NCBI GenBank assembly: GCA_037190965.1
Contig: JBBCKI010000064.1
Location: 1 to 64,000 of the forward strand
Length of the DNA stretch: 64,000 nt
Reading direction: 5' to 3'
DNA from: Chthoniobacteraceae bacterium
GTDB taxonomy: Bacteria > Verrucomicrobiota > Verrucomicrobiia > Chthoniobacterales > Chthoniobacteraceae
Positions 29,222 to 38,290 of this stretch are shown here, in pieces. The notes beneath the pieces were generated by a model, which had not been told where the DNA came from, ran no database searches, and saw only the letters and a program-made list of their open reading frames with translations. The translations under genes were made by a program, and so were the position numbers. The stretch's first letter is position 1; each line of letters opens with the position of its first letter.

Positions 29222-30382
29222 CTACTTGGCCGGAGCCGTGGCGGCTTGGGCCGCCGGAGCTGCGGGAGCCGCCGGGACTGCTTCCTTCACCGGTTCGGGC
29301 GTCGGAGCGGGAGCGGCGAGTTCCGCTTTGAGGGTCGCCAGCGCGGGATTGAGCCTTACCAGCATTTCATTGGCCGTCCAGAGGGACTGGGCTTCCTTGA
29401 GTTTTGCTTCGGCGGGTTCGGCGTTTCGCGCGGCGATCTCCTTGGCGGCCTCCTCGGCCATGGCGATGCTCTTCTCCATGGGAGCGAGATCGAGCCCCTT
29501 TAGCCGCGTCAGCTCCGTACCGATGGTTTGCTTGAGATCCGTAGTGCTCTTCGCGGAGATCGGAAGGAACGGCTTCCACTTGGCGGTGGATTGGGTGACA
29601 GCTGCCTCGGCTTTGGCGATGGCGTCGTCGTGCGCGGCAATCATGCGGCTCTTTTCCGGCTCCACCGCGAGAACGATCCCTTCGCTGAACTGCTGTTCCC
29701 GGGTCTTAATGATCGGGATCATCCGGTCGATCTCGCCATTGAGTCGCGGAATAACGGAGAGCGCAAACTTGACGCTTTCCGGGAAGGCTGTCGAGCCCGG
29801 GAAGGCGCGTTCCAGCCGGTCGCAAACATTGAGCGCACCGACATAATCACCCCGCGTGGCCAACTCCCGCGCCTGGGCCAGCAACTGTTGGGCGTTGATC
29901 TGGTAACTGTTGGCCTGGGCTTCGGCAGCCGTGTACCAGCGGTTGTTCCATTTAAGTTCCTTCTTGGCGACGCGAGCTTTTTCCTCTTTCAGGGTCTCGA
30001 TCTGGTTTTTGGCGTTCTGATGATGCCCGCTATCCGGGAATTTTTTCAGGAACCCCTGGAAAGCCGCGATTGCCGAGTCATAAGCCGCCAGCGACAGAGA
30101 GTTGGGGCCCGGCCTGAATCGCTGGAGACTCTCATAAGCGAGATTGTCGCGGGGTGTCTTAACAACTCCTTTGACCTCGCTCTTTTCAAAAGTCATCTCA
30201 TCGGTGATTCCGTCCGAGACCTGCACGGTCATGACCCAATGGGTTTCCGTCTCGTTTTGGATGAAGCCTTCGAATTCCTCGCCACTTTTGAGGGTGATGC
30301 TGTCGCCGCGGGATGAGGAGAGCGGGGAGGCGAAGAGCGCGCAGGTAAGAACGAGGCTGAGTGGGAATGAAACCTTGACCAT
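29222..30382 (-). CDS. Exported hypothetical protein, PTPDL-family-like
   Basis: Signal peptide then DSITLKSGE.FEG.I..ET; helical body; Ala/Pro-rich tail; family assignment from memory only. Confidence 0.65.
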   Translation of the reverse strand: MVKVSFPLSLVLTCALFASPLSSSRGDSITLKSGEEFEGFIQNETETHWVMTVQVSDGITDEMTFEKSEVKGVVKTPRDNLAYESLQRFRPGPNSLSLAAYDSAIAAFQGFLKKFPDSGHHQNAKNQIETLKEEKARVAKKELKWNNRWYTAAEAQANSYQINAQQLLAQARELATRGDYVGALNVCDRLERAFPGSTAFPESVKFALSVIPRLNGEIDRMIPIIKTREQQFSEGIVLAVEPEKSRMIAAHDDAIAKAEAAVTQSTAKWKPFLPISAKSTTDLKQTIGTELTRLKGLDLAPMEKSIAMAEEAAKEIAARNAEPAEAKLKEAQSLWTANEMLVRLNPALATLKAELAAPAPTPEPVKEAVPAAPAAPAAQAATAPAK

Positions 30383-30524
30383 GGGGGATGGAATCTGAAA
30401 CCGCGATTTTGTCTCGGGAAAAGAATTTGGAAAGGGAATTTTAGAGCTAGGCGATTTAAATCGGCATCGGCAAGTCTGGCCCCTCAAAGAGAGCAAAGAT
30501 AATGCCATAAGGCGCTCCACGTCA

Positions 30525-31454
30525 CTACTTTCTGTAGTTAGGCTCGTGCGAGGGCATTTTTTGGTCTTGCTGGAGGACTGATTCAAATAGATCGCCGAAC
30601 TCTTCGACGCGCGCCAAAGTTTGCTGGCAGGTGAAGTCGAGCAGATCGGGATCCTTTTTTTTCAAGCAGCGTTGCACCTCTTCCCAGGTGACTGGAGTGG
30701 AGACCGTCGGTTTCTCCCGTGCCCGCAGGGAATAGACGCAAACGGTGGTTTTGTGGGCGTCGTTCTGGCTCCAGTCGATGAAGATTTTGCCCTTCCGCAG
30801 GCTCCGCTGCATTTGTGCGAGGATTTTGCCGGGGTGCTCCCGGGCGAGGTGGGTTGCGAGGTCCTTGGCGTGGGCTTTGCTTTGGTGAAAGGAAACACCG
30901 GGCGCCAGCGGGACATAAACTTGCAGCCCCTTGGAGCCGGAGGTTTTGGGATATGCTTTCAAATTCGCCTTTTCCAGCAGCGCCCTAAGCCGCAAAGCAA
31001 CTTCGCAACAAAGCACGATGTTGGCGGGAGGTCCGGGGTCGAGATCGAAGACCATCGCGGTGGGGTGTTTCGGCGTTTCGGCGCAAGCCAGCGAGGGATG
31101 AAGCTCCAGGCTTGCGAGATTGGCCGCCCAGACAAGGGATGGAAGCGCGTCCACGAGACAATAGGCGACCGTTTTGCCGCTGGACCCGCTTCGGATGGGG
31201 ACGGTTTTCACCCAGGGAGGGCGGTGGGAGGGGCAGTTTTTTTCGTAAAAGAATTCTTCTGCAACACCGTCGGGGTAACGCTTCAGGGTGAGCGCGCGGT
31301 TCCGGAGGTGCGGCAGCAGGAATGGAGAAATGCGGATGTAATAATCGATGACATCCGCTTTGGTAAAGCCGATCGCCGGGTAGAGCACTTTGTCGAGATT
31401 GGAGAGGGCAATCCTGCGGCCCTCGACCTCCAGTGTCTCGGCTCTCTTCGTCAT
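30525..31454 (-). CDS. LigD-type primase/polymerase domain protein (NHEJ)
   Basis: LSNLDKVLYP, KRYPDG, FDLDPG, KTSGSKGLQ, IFIDWSQN, YSLRAR. Confidence 0.92.
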   Translation of the reverse strand: MTKRAETLEVEGRRIALSNLDKVLYPAIGFTKADVIDYYIRISPFLLPHLRNRALTLKRYPDGVAEEFFYEKNCPSHRPPWVKTVPIRSGSSGKTVAYCLVDALPSLVWAANLASLELHPSLACAETPKHPTAMVFDLDPGPPANIVLCCEVALRLRALLEKANLKAYPKTSGSKGLQVYVPLAPGVSFHQSKAHAKDLATHLAREHPGKILAQMQRSLRKGKIFIDWSQNDAHKTTVCVYSLRAREKPTVSTPVTWEEVQRCLKKKDPDLLDFTCQQTLARVEEFGDLFESVLQQDQKMPSHEPNYRK

Positions 31455-31469
31455 GGGAAAAAGGGAATA

Positions 31470-31497
31470 TGCGGCCCCGCTTTCGCGGGGCCGCATT
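31470..31497. terminator. GC-rich hairpin downstream of the DUF4142 gene
   Basis: tgcggccccgc-tttc-gcggggccgca. Confidence 0.6.
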
Positions 31498-31534
31498 ATG
31501 ATGAAAGGGCCTGTCGGGCCGAAGGCGCTCTAGT

Positions 31535-32212
31535 CTAGTCTCCCCCTGTGCTGGCGCCTTTCTTTTGCGGCTGCTGCATCGAGGGTTTGCTCTTCTGGGG
31601 TTGTTTTTGATTTTTCTCGCCGACGGCCTCCGGACGGGCGCTCTGGAGGGCTGATAGATGGTTCTTCAACCGCGGCAGCATGCTTTCCGCCCATCCCTTG
31701 ATTTCAGGATCGGAGGTGCGGCTGCGTTCTCTCTCGAAGGTGGAGATGGTCTGTTGGGTGTTCTGGACCTGGTCCTGCATGAACGCCTTGTCAAACTGCT
31801 CCCCGGATTTTGACTCCAGCGCGGCCACTTTCTGTTGCTGCGCCTTGGTGGGGCTGCTCGGCAGCGTGATCCCCTTGCTGGCCGCCAGTTTTTCAAGCTG
31901 CTGGTTGGCCGCGGTGTGATTGCGGACGATGTCCTGAGCGATCTTGCGAATCTCCGGGTTGGTCGAAGTCTTCTCGGCGATTTTGCCGAGCTCGATTTCG
32001 TACAGATTCGATTCTGCCGCCTTTTGGAGGAAGGCCTGATCGGTTCCTGGCACTGCGGCTTTTTCTCCCACCGGTTGGGGTTTCGTGGTGTGCGGCTGGT
32101 TTTTGGTGGTGGCCGCGCCGGCTGGGGCGCCTGATTCGGCGTGGGCGTTTCCTATCAGGGCCAGCGCCGTCACGGCGGAGGCAAGAGCAGTGATCGACTT
32201 GATGCGTTTCAT
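31535..32212 (-). CDS. DUF4142 domain secreted protein
   Basis: Signal peptide; DQAFL.KAA.SN.YEI.LG, FDKAFM, DPEIK.WA..MLP.L..HL. Confidence 0.88.
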   Translation of the reverse strand: MKRIKSITALASAVTALALIGNAHAESGAPAGAATTKNQPHTTKPQPVGEKAAVPGTDQAFLQKAAESNLYEIELGKIAEKTSTNPEIRKIAQDIVRNHTAANQQLEKLAASKGITLPSSPTKAQQQKVAALESKSGEQFDKAFMQDQVQNTQQTISTFERERSRTSDPEIKGWAESMLPRLKNHLSALQSARPEAVGEKNQKQPQKSKPSMQQPQKKGASTGGD

Positions 32213-32307
32213 GAATGGAACTCCTTGTTGTTATGGGACGCCCCTGGTTTGCGGGGCGCGCTAGGTTTGAATTCGCGGGCAGGGCGTCAGCCGGTTGTTT
32301 CCGGTTC

Positions 32308-32472
32308 AACCTGAAAATCGAAGTTAATCGCGGCGATCTTGTGCAATTTCCTGGGCAGAAACGGTTTCGTCGAAATTCGCCGTATCGCTGCGGATACGGC
32401 TCATTTATCCTCAACCGTTTCTGCTACAGGCTCTTGCACAATCTCATCCGCTCCAACATCGGTTTTCGGGTT
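32308..32472. repeat. 165-nt rod-like palindromic element / candidate structured RNA, copy 1
   Basis: Nested inverted repeats; shares unpaired motifs and length with 49928-50092. Confidence 0.8.
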
Positions 32473-32556
32473 CATGAAACCTTTGGAAGGAACGGATAGA
32501 CTTGCGCCGCGGTTCATCTGCACGGATGCTGCCGCCGGTTTTATTATTCATCCCTC

Positions 32557-34263
32557 ATGAATCTGTCGCCCGATCATCCCATAGCCGGCGTTCTTGCGCC
32601 GTTGTTTGCCCTTCGTTCCGAGCATGATTTGGGCATTGGTGATACTCGGACATTGCGGGAGTTTGTCGATTGGGCGCACGAAATCGGGTTCCGCCTTGTG
32701 CAGCTCCTGCCGGTCAATGAAACCGGCAACGATCACTCGCCTTACAACGCGATTTCCTCCGTTGCCATCGAACCGACGACCATCGCCACGCTGCCGGGAG
32801 AGATCCCCGATCTTCTGCCGGGCGACTACGAGGCGGTTCTGGCGGGGGCCGATCTTCCGATGCTCCAGAGCGGACCGGTTTGCTACCGCGGGGTCAAGCC
32901 GCTCAAGCGCGAGTTGCTCCGGAGAGCTTTTGCGGTTTTCTCGGAAATAGCGTTGCAACGAAACGACGCGCGGGCCCGCGAGTTTCATGAATGGTGCCGC
33001 GAACAGGCGGGCTGGCTGGAGGGGTACACTCTTTTTCGCGCCTTGATGGATCACAATGGCGGGAGCGAGCAATGGGACCGGTGGCCGCCGGAACAGCGGA
33101 CGCTCCGGAGTGCACGGGGATGGCTGGCGACCCAATCCCCGGAGTTCCGCCGGAGTTTTGAAGAGAAGATGCAGTTCTTCCGCTACGTGCAGTGGATCGC
33201 CTTCGGGCAGTGGCAGCGGCTTAAGGCTTACTGCGACCGCAAGGGAGTCGCACTGATGGGCGACGTGCCGATCGGCGTGAGTTACTATGGAGCGGACATC
33301 TTTTCGACCCCGGAGATCTTCGATTTCCACTGGTCGGGCGGAGCGCCCCCCGAGAAAGTTTTCAAGAGCGACCCGTTCACCGAAAAGTGGGGACAGAACT
33401 GGGGGGTGCCGATGTATCGCTGGGAGATCCTGCGCGAAAACGGCTTCGCCTGGTGGAAGGAGCGGGTGCGACAGGTGCGGGAGATTTTCCATCTCTTCCG
33501 AATCGACCATGTGCTTGGTTTTTATCGAATGTACGGGTTCCCATGGCGGCCCGAGCGCAACGCGGAATTTCTGCCGCTCAACGAGCGCGAGGCGCGGGAG
33601 CGCACTGGAGGCGAGTTGCCGCACTTCATCCCGCGCGACGATTCATCGTGGGAGAACCGCGAGGCGAACCGCCGGGAAGGGGAGACCTACCTGCGGGCGC
33701 TTCTGGAGGAGGTGGGGGAACATCGCCTGATCGGCGAAGATCTCGGCGTCGTGCCCGACTATGTCCGGCCCAGCCTGGCTTCACTAGGGATCGCCGGGTT
33801 CAAAATTCCGCAGTGGGAGCGGCAGCCCAATTGGCATCTCGTGCCGGGCAGGGACTACCAGCGTCTCTCCATCGCGACGTATGCTACCCACGATCATTTG
33901 CCGCTGGCCGCGCTTTGGAAGCAGATGTGCGATGCCGCCGAGGCGGGAGACGGCCATCAGCGTTGGGAACTGGAGCAACTCGGCGCGTTCGCGGGGATCG
34001 GCGTTTACGGTCCGCAGCCGTTTACCCCGGAGATCCACGAGGCCCTGCTGGCCGCGCTCTTCCAGAGCAATGCCTGGATTGCGGTGGCGATGATCACCGA
34101 TCTCTTTGGGAGCAGCAAACGCTTCAACGTCCCCGGCGCGGTGAATGATTCCAACTGGAGCGAGCGTCTGAACCGGACCGTGGCGCAGTGGCGAAAGAAC
34201 CCCGAGGTGGTTGAAAAAATGGCGCGCATTCGCGAGTTCATTGAACGGAGCGGGCGGGCTTGA
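32557..34263 (+). CDS. malQ: 4-alpha-glucanotransferase (GH77)
   Basis: GIGD, QLLP, SPY, MGDVPIGV, GQNWGVP.Y.W, RIDH.LGF, IGEDLG, ATHD, FNVPG. Confidence 0.93.
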   Translation: MNLSPDHPIAGVLAPLFALRSEHDLGIGDTRTLREFVDWAHEIGFRLVQLLPVNETGNDHSPYNAISSVAIEPTTIATLPGEIPDLLPGDYEAVLAGADLPMLQSGPVCYRGVKPLKRELLRRAFAVFSEIALQRNDARAREFHEWCREQAGWLEGYTLFRALMDHNGGSEQWDRWPPEQRTLRSARGWLATQSPEFRRSFEEKMQFFRYVQWIAFGQWQRLKAYCDRKGVALMGDVPIGVSYYGADIFSTPEIFDFHWSGGAPPEKVFKSDPFTEKWGQNWGVPMYRWEILRENGFAWWKERVRQVREIFHLFRIDHVLGFYRMYGFPWRPERNAEFLPLNEREARERTGGELPHFIPRDDSSWENREANRREGETYLRALLEEVGEHRLIGEDLGVVPDYVRPSLASLGIAGFKIPQWERQPNWHLVPGRDYQRLSIATYATHDHLPLAALWKQMCDAAEAGDGHQRWELEQLGAFAGIGVYGPQPFTPEIHEALLAALFQSNAWIAVAMITDLFGSSKRFNVPGAVNDSNWSERLNRTVAQWRKNPEVVEKMARIREFIERSGRA

Positions 34264-34285
34264 CGCCAAGGGGCAGGGGACAATT

Positions 34286-36022
34286 CTAAACCTCGGAAGC
34301 GGCGGCTACGGCCGCAACTTCGGGCCGTTTCTCAAACACGGCGGTGAACCAGAATAGCGCCCCGTTTCCCTCTGAGCTGTTTGCACCAATGGTGCCGCCC
34401 ATGAGTTCGGTAAGCTGCTTGCAGATTGCGAGCCCGAGGCCGGTGCCGCCGAACTTGCGCGTGGTGGAGGTGTCCACCTGCACAAACGGCTGGAAAAGTT
34501 GCGAGAGCCATTCCCCGGAGATGCCGGGGCCGGAGTCCCGGATCTCAAATTTCAAGGTGACGCGTTCGTCCATCTCGGCGTCAAGCCCGACGGTGACCTT
34601 GACGGTTCCCCGTTCGGTGAATTTGATGGCGTTGTGGACGAGGTTGAGCAAAACCTGACCGAGTCGCCCTGGGTCCCCGTTGAGCTTTGTCGGCGTGCCG
34701 GGTTTGATCTCGCAGGAGAGATCGATGGCATTCTTCAAGGCGGGGGCCAGCATATCGAAGGTCCGGTCGAGCACTTCCTGAAGGTCGAAATCGCAGTGGG
34801 AAAGGCGAAATTTGCCTGCCTCCATCTTGGAAAAATCGAGGATGTCCTCGATCAGGCGCAGCAGGCTTTCGCCGCAGGTAGATGCTACCTTGGCATATTG
34901 GCGTTGGTCGTCGCTGAGCGGCGATTGGAGCAGGAGATCCGTCATGCCGATCACGCCGTTGAGCGGCGTGCGGATTTCATGGCTCATGTTGGAGAGGAAC
35001 GCGCCTTTTGCCTGATTGGCGGCGGCGGCTTCGAGGGCGAGCGCCTCCGCACGCGAGACGGAGGCGGCCAGTTCTTCGTTGGTGTTTTGCAGGCGGAGCT
35101 TGGACTCCACGAGTTCCAGGCGGGCATTGCTCCGGCCAATTTCAATGCCGGTAATCATCAAATTGAATATCGTGGCGGTAAGGAGATAGGCCCAAAGCAG
35201 AAGAACGCTCTCGGTGGAGTCGGTATAAAGGAACGGGCCGCGCCCCGCCGCCGAACCCGCCGCGGCGATGGCTGCCAGCGCAAGAACGCCAAGCGATGTT
35301 CCCATCACGCCCAGCCGCAGGGCCGCCCAGATGGTCAGAAAAAATGGGATGAAGATCAGCGGGAGGATCTTCGAACCCGAGGGCAGGAAGAAGATCGTTC
35401 CCATCACGAGTGTCGAGACGGTGCAACAGATGATAAACTCCCGGTGCCTTTCCATGAGTTTCCTCCAGTTATTCCGCGACGAGGAGAGGAGAATGGGCCC
35501 GGCGACAAGGACTCCCATCCAGTCGCCCAGCCACCAATAGCGCCAGGAATAGAAGAAGGACTCGATGGGGATCTCCCCGGCGAAATGAAGGGTGGAGACC
35601 CCCACCAGGGCGGAGATCATCATTCCGAGGCCGGTAAGACCGGAGAAGAGCCAGATGTCGCGCCGCCGGTCAAAATTGGCATGAAAGCCCGAGCGGCGGA
35701 GCATCCATGCCGCGCAGAGAGGCGCGAGAGTCTGCCCAGCCACGAGAAAGCCCGCTGTCGGCCATCCGATCCCGAAGGAAAATTCCTGAAGAATTGCCGC
35801 CGAGCCAAAAATTGCGGGCCAGTAGGAAAGCCCCCAGCGAAGCATCCCCGCCGTGGCGATCCCGGTGGGGAGCCAGATCAGGGTGATGGCCGGGTGCGGC
35901 AACGCAAGAAGCAGCCCGAGACGGGCGGCGAGGAAGTAGCAGAGCCCCAGGATTAGCGCCTTAACTGCAACGGCGCCCATTCGTCTGGCTGTGCCTGCTT
36001 GATCGTAGGCTGGTGAGGGCAT
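34286..36022 (-). CDS. MASE1-domain sensor histidine kinase (no receiver domain)
   Basis: MASE1 (IWLPTG, WWLGD); [33 protein letters not shown]. Confidence 0.92.
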   Translation of the reverse strand: MPSPAYDQAGTARRMGAVAVKALILGLCYFLAARLGLLLALPHPAITLIWLPTGIATAGMLRWGLSYWPAIFGSAAILQEFSFGIGWPTAGFLVAGQTLAPLCAAWMLRRSGFHANFDRRRDIWLFSGLTGLGMMISALVGVSTLHFAGEIPIESFFYSWRYWWLGDWMGVLVAGPILLSSSRNNWRKLMERHREFIICCTVSTLVMGTIFFLPSGSKILPLIFIPFFLTIWAALRLGVMGTSLGVLALAAIAAAGSAAGRGPFLYTDSTESVLLLWAYLLTATIFNLMITGIEIGRSNARLELVESKLRLQNTNEELAASVSRAEALALEAAAANQAKGAFLSNMSHEIRTPLNGVIGMTDLLLQSPLSDDQRQYAKVASTCGESLLRLIEDILDFSKMEAGKFRLSHCDFDLQEVLDRTFDMLAPALKNAIDLSCEIKPGTPTKLNGDPGRLGQVLLNLVHNAIKFTERGTVKVTVGLDAEMDERVTLKFEIRDSGPGISGEWLSQLFQPFVQVDTSTTRKFGGTGLGLAICKQLTELMGGTIGANSSEGNGALFWFTAVFEKRPEVAAVAAASEV

Positions 36023-36100
36023 CTGACCCTCTTATTATGAGCAAAAAACGACGCCTCACCAGCTAAAACGGCAATGACGAAAAAGCGTCCGATTTCGCAA

Positions 36101-36262
36101 GGTAGCCCGCTCGCGCCGTCGAGCGCGGGAGGTGATCATGTGGCGCGTTTGGCAGCTATCCCCGCAGCACGGCTGGTTCTGGTTGGGATGCGGCTTCAAA
36201 AGAGACACGGAAGCCGATACCCGCGCTCGGTGGCGCGAGCGGGCTACCGGTGCTGCCGCACC
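36101..36262. repeat. REPIN/MITE-like element, family B, copy 2
   Basis: ggtagcccgctcgcgccgtcgagcgcggg...cccgcgctcggtggcgcgagcgggctacc-ggtgctgccgcacc. Confidence 0.85.
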
Positions 36263-36269
36263 TTTCGCA

Positions 36270-37328
36270 TCATGCGTCCAACGCACGCGACGTTCCTCCA
36301 TTGGGAATTGCCGCGTGGTGTTGGTAGTCCGGATCCGTCTCCTGTTTCCTCTGGATTTCCGCAATTTCTTTCCAGACCGCGAGCAAGCCGTCCGGGCACG
36401 GAGGAAGATCGTGCCGAATCAAGGCATGCAGTTTGCCAAGGTTATAGCAGGGAACGGCCGCGTACATGTGGTGTTCGGTATGGTAATTCATCTGCCAGTA
36501 GAGAAACCGGACCAGCGGGTTCAACGTGAAGGTCCTGCAGCATAGGCGGAAGTCGGGAACGTTGTCCTGAAGCCCGATGTGCTGGGTGTTATTGCAGAGA
36601 AAGAAAAGCCAGCCCCCATAAAACGGGGCTGCGGTAACGATGACGGGAACAATCCACCAGCCCAGGCAAAGCGAAGTTGCGGCGATCACTCCGTGTCCAA
36701 GGATCAGGATTCTCGTCCATCTTATGGTGGGGATCCGTTTCTCAGGAAGCGATTCGGGATAAAGGGCCATCTCCCAGTCTCCTTGAAACTTGCCGCGTGC
36801 GATGCGGAAGGTATCCCTGAGAGTGTTCCAGGCGAGCAGGGGACTGATAAAGCAATTGAGAAAGAAATGACGTACCATCAGGCGAATGGGCAGGACGACC
36901 TCCAGGTCGTCGGGTGGATGCAGGGTATAGCGGTGGTGCATCGTATGGCTGGCCTCGAATTTTTCATGGTTGATCCAGCCCAGAAAGGCGAGGAGATCGG
37001 CGAAGAAGCGATTGAGCCGCTTGGTTTTGAAAACCGTTCCGTGGCCGAGTTCATGGACACCGTTCATCAGGAAGGCCGTAACGGTGCCGTGGAGAAAAAC
37101 GGCCGACAGGGTTATCCACCATGCCCAATGGCGCGATGAATAGAATGCAGTCGCTCCTGTCGCCGCGAGGATGGCGAGATACCCCCCTGTCTGGATGAAC
37201 CCTTTTAAGTCACTCCGCTGGTGCAGGGCTTTCATCTCCGGCGCAGGAATCGGAGTGCGATACCACTGGATGACCGGGCGTTTCCGCTCCTGGTCGGTGA
37301 ACTTCGCTAGAGAGTCGGTCTGATTCAC
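36270..37328 (-). CDS. Membrane fatty acid desaturase-family di-iron protein
   Basis: His boxes HELGH, HTMHH and HTEHH; hydrophobic segments; GTG start. Confidence 0.88.
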   Translation of the reverse strand: MNQTDSLAKFTDQERKRPVIQWYRTPIPAPEMKALHQRSDLKGFIQTGGYLAILAATGATAFYSSRHWAWWITLSAVFLHGTVTAFLMNGVHELGHGTVFKTKRLNRFFADLLAFLGWINHEKFEASHTMHHRYTLHPPDDLEVVLPIRLMVRHFFLNCFISPLLAWNTLRDTFRIARGKFQGDWEMALYPESLPEKRIPTIRWTRILILGHGVIAATSLCLGWWIVPVIVTAAPFYGGWLFFLCNNTQHIGLQDNVPDFRLCCRTFTLNPLVRFLYWQMNYHTEHHMYAAVPCYNLGKLHALIRHDLPPCPDGLLAVWKEIAEIQRKQETDPDYQHHAAIPNGGTSRALDA

Positions 37329-37393
37329 ACCGCGAAGCTAACAGGTCCGGATGCCCTTGCATTTCAAGCCGGTGGTGCAATACAATATCAAAC

Positions 37394-38290
37394 ATGGCTT
37401 TGTCGCGTGAATTGGCTCAAAGGGCCCGTGTCGAGATGAACCTGGCGGAACGTGGGGTAGCCGGAGTGCCCTTGCTGGGACGGTATAACTATGCGAGTGC
37501 CCGCTCGGCCTTGTCCGAGCATGTTCACGAGGACGCGATTGAAATCTGCTTTCTTGTCAAAGGCCGGCAGACCTATCGGTTGCGAGGAGAGACTTACCGG
37601 CTCAACGGGGGCGATGTCTTTATGACGCTGCCCAAAGAGCGGCACGGGACGGGAGGTTTCCCCGAGGAAAAAGGAGTGCTCTATTGGTTATGGATCGCCG
37701 CGCCTTCCCGGGGTGAACGGCTGCTCGGATTGCCTCGGGGGCAAGATCAGGCGCTTCTCAATGCTTTGCAGGGCGGTGATTCCCGGCATTTTCGGGGTTC
37801 CTGGGAAATGAAGGAGCATCTCGATGAGATCACCTCGCTCTATTTCCAGCCGGCAACGCCGCTGAATACCTTCGCGATGGCAAACCGCGTCGGGGCTTTT
37901 TTGGGAAACGTGATTGCCTGTGCAGGCAAAGCGCCCGCGCGCGGCGGCTCCCGTTCGCTCGAGCCCATTGCGCAATATATCGATGCAAATCTAGGGGAGC
38001 CGCTCCCGATTCCGCATCTTGCCGCGCGGGCGGGTCTATCCGTGGCCCGTTTCAAGGCGTGGTTCAAGCAGGAAGCAGGAGTGCCGCCGGGCGAATATGT
38101 TCTGCGGGCCAAAATCGAGGAGGCCCAACGGCGGCTGGCCCGGAGAAAGGCAAGCGTGACGGAGATCGCGTACGATCTCGGGTTCTCCACCTCTCAATAT
38201 TTTTCCACCGTCTTCAAACGCTTTACCGGCGAAACGCCAAGCGATTTCCGGAAGGGGCGCTACGGATTCGTAGTCACTTCGCGGACGTAG
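37394..38290 (+). CDS. AraC-family transcriptional regulator
   Basis: Cupin H.H...EIC; HTH VTEIAYDLGFSTSQYFSTVFKR.TG.TP. Confidence 0.92.
   Translation: MALSRELAQRARVEMNLAERGVAGVPLLGRYNYASARSALSEHVHEDAIEICFLVKGRQTYRLRGETYRLNGGDVFMTLPKERHGTGGFPEEKGVLYWLWIAAPSRGERLLGLPRGQDQALLNALQGGDSRHFRGSWEMKEHLDEITSLYFQPATPLNTFAMANRVGAFLGNVIACAGKAPARGGSRSLEPIAQYIDANLGEPLPIPHLAARAGLSVARFKAWFKQEAGVPPGEYVLRAKIEEAQRRLARRKASVTEIAYDLGFSTSQYFSTVFKRFTGETPSDFRKGRYGFVVTSRT

Noticed and set aside
32360..32420. Hammerhead-like words (TTGAGGA...GACGAAA) on the minus strand of the 165-nt element
   Set aside because: CUGANGA is not matched, and the flanks pair with each other as one stem rather than forming a three-way junction.
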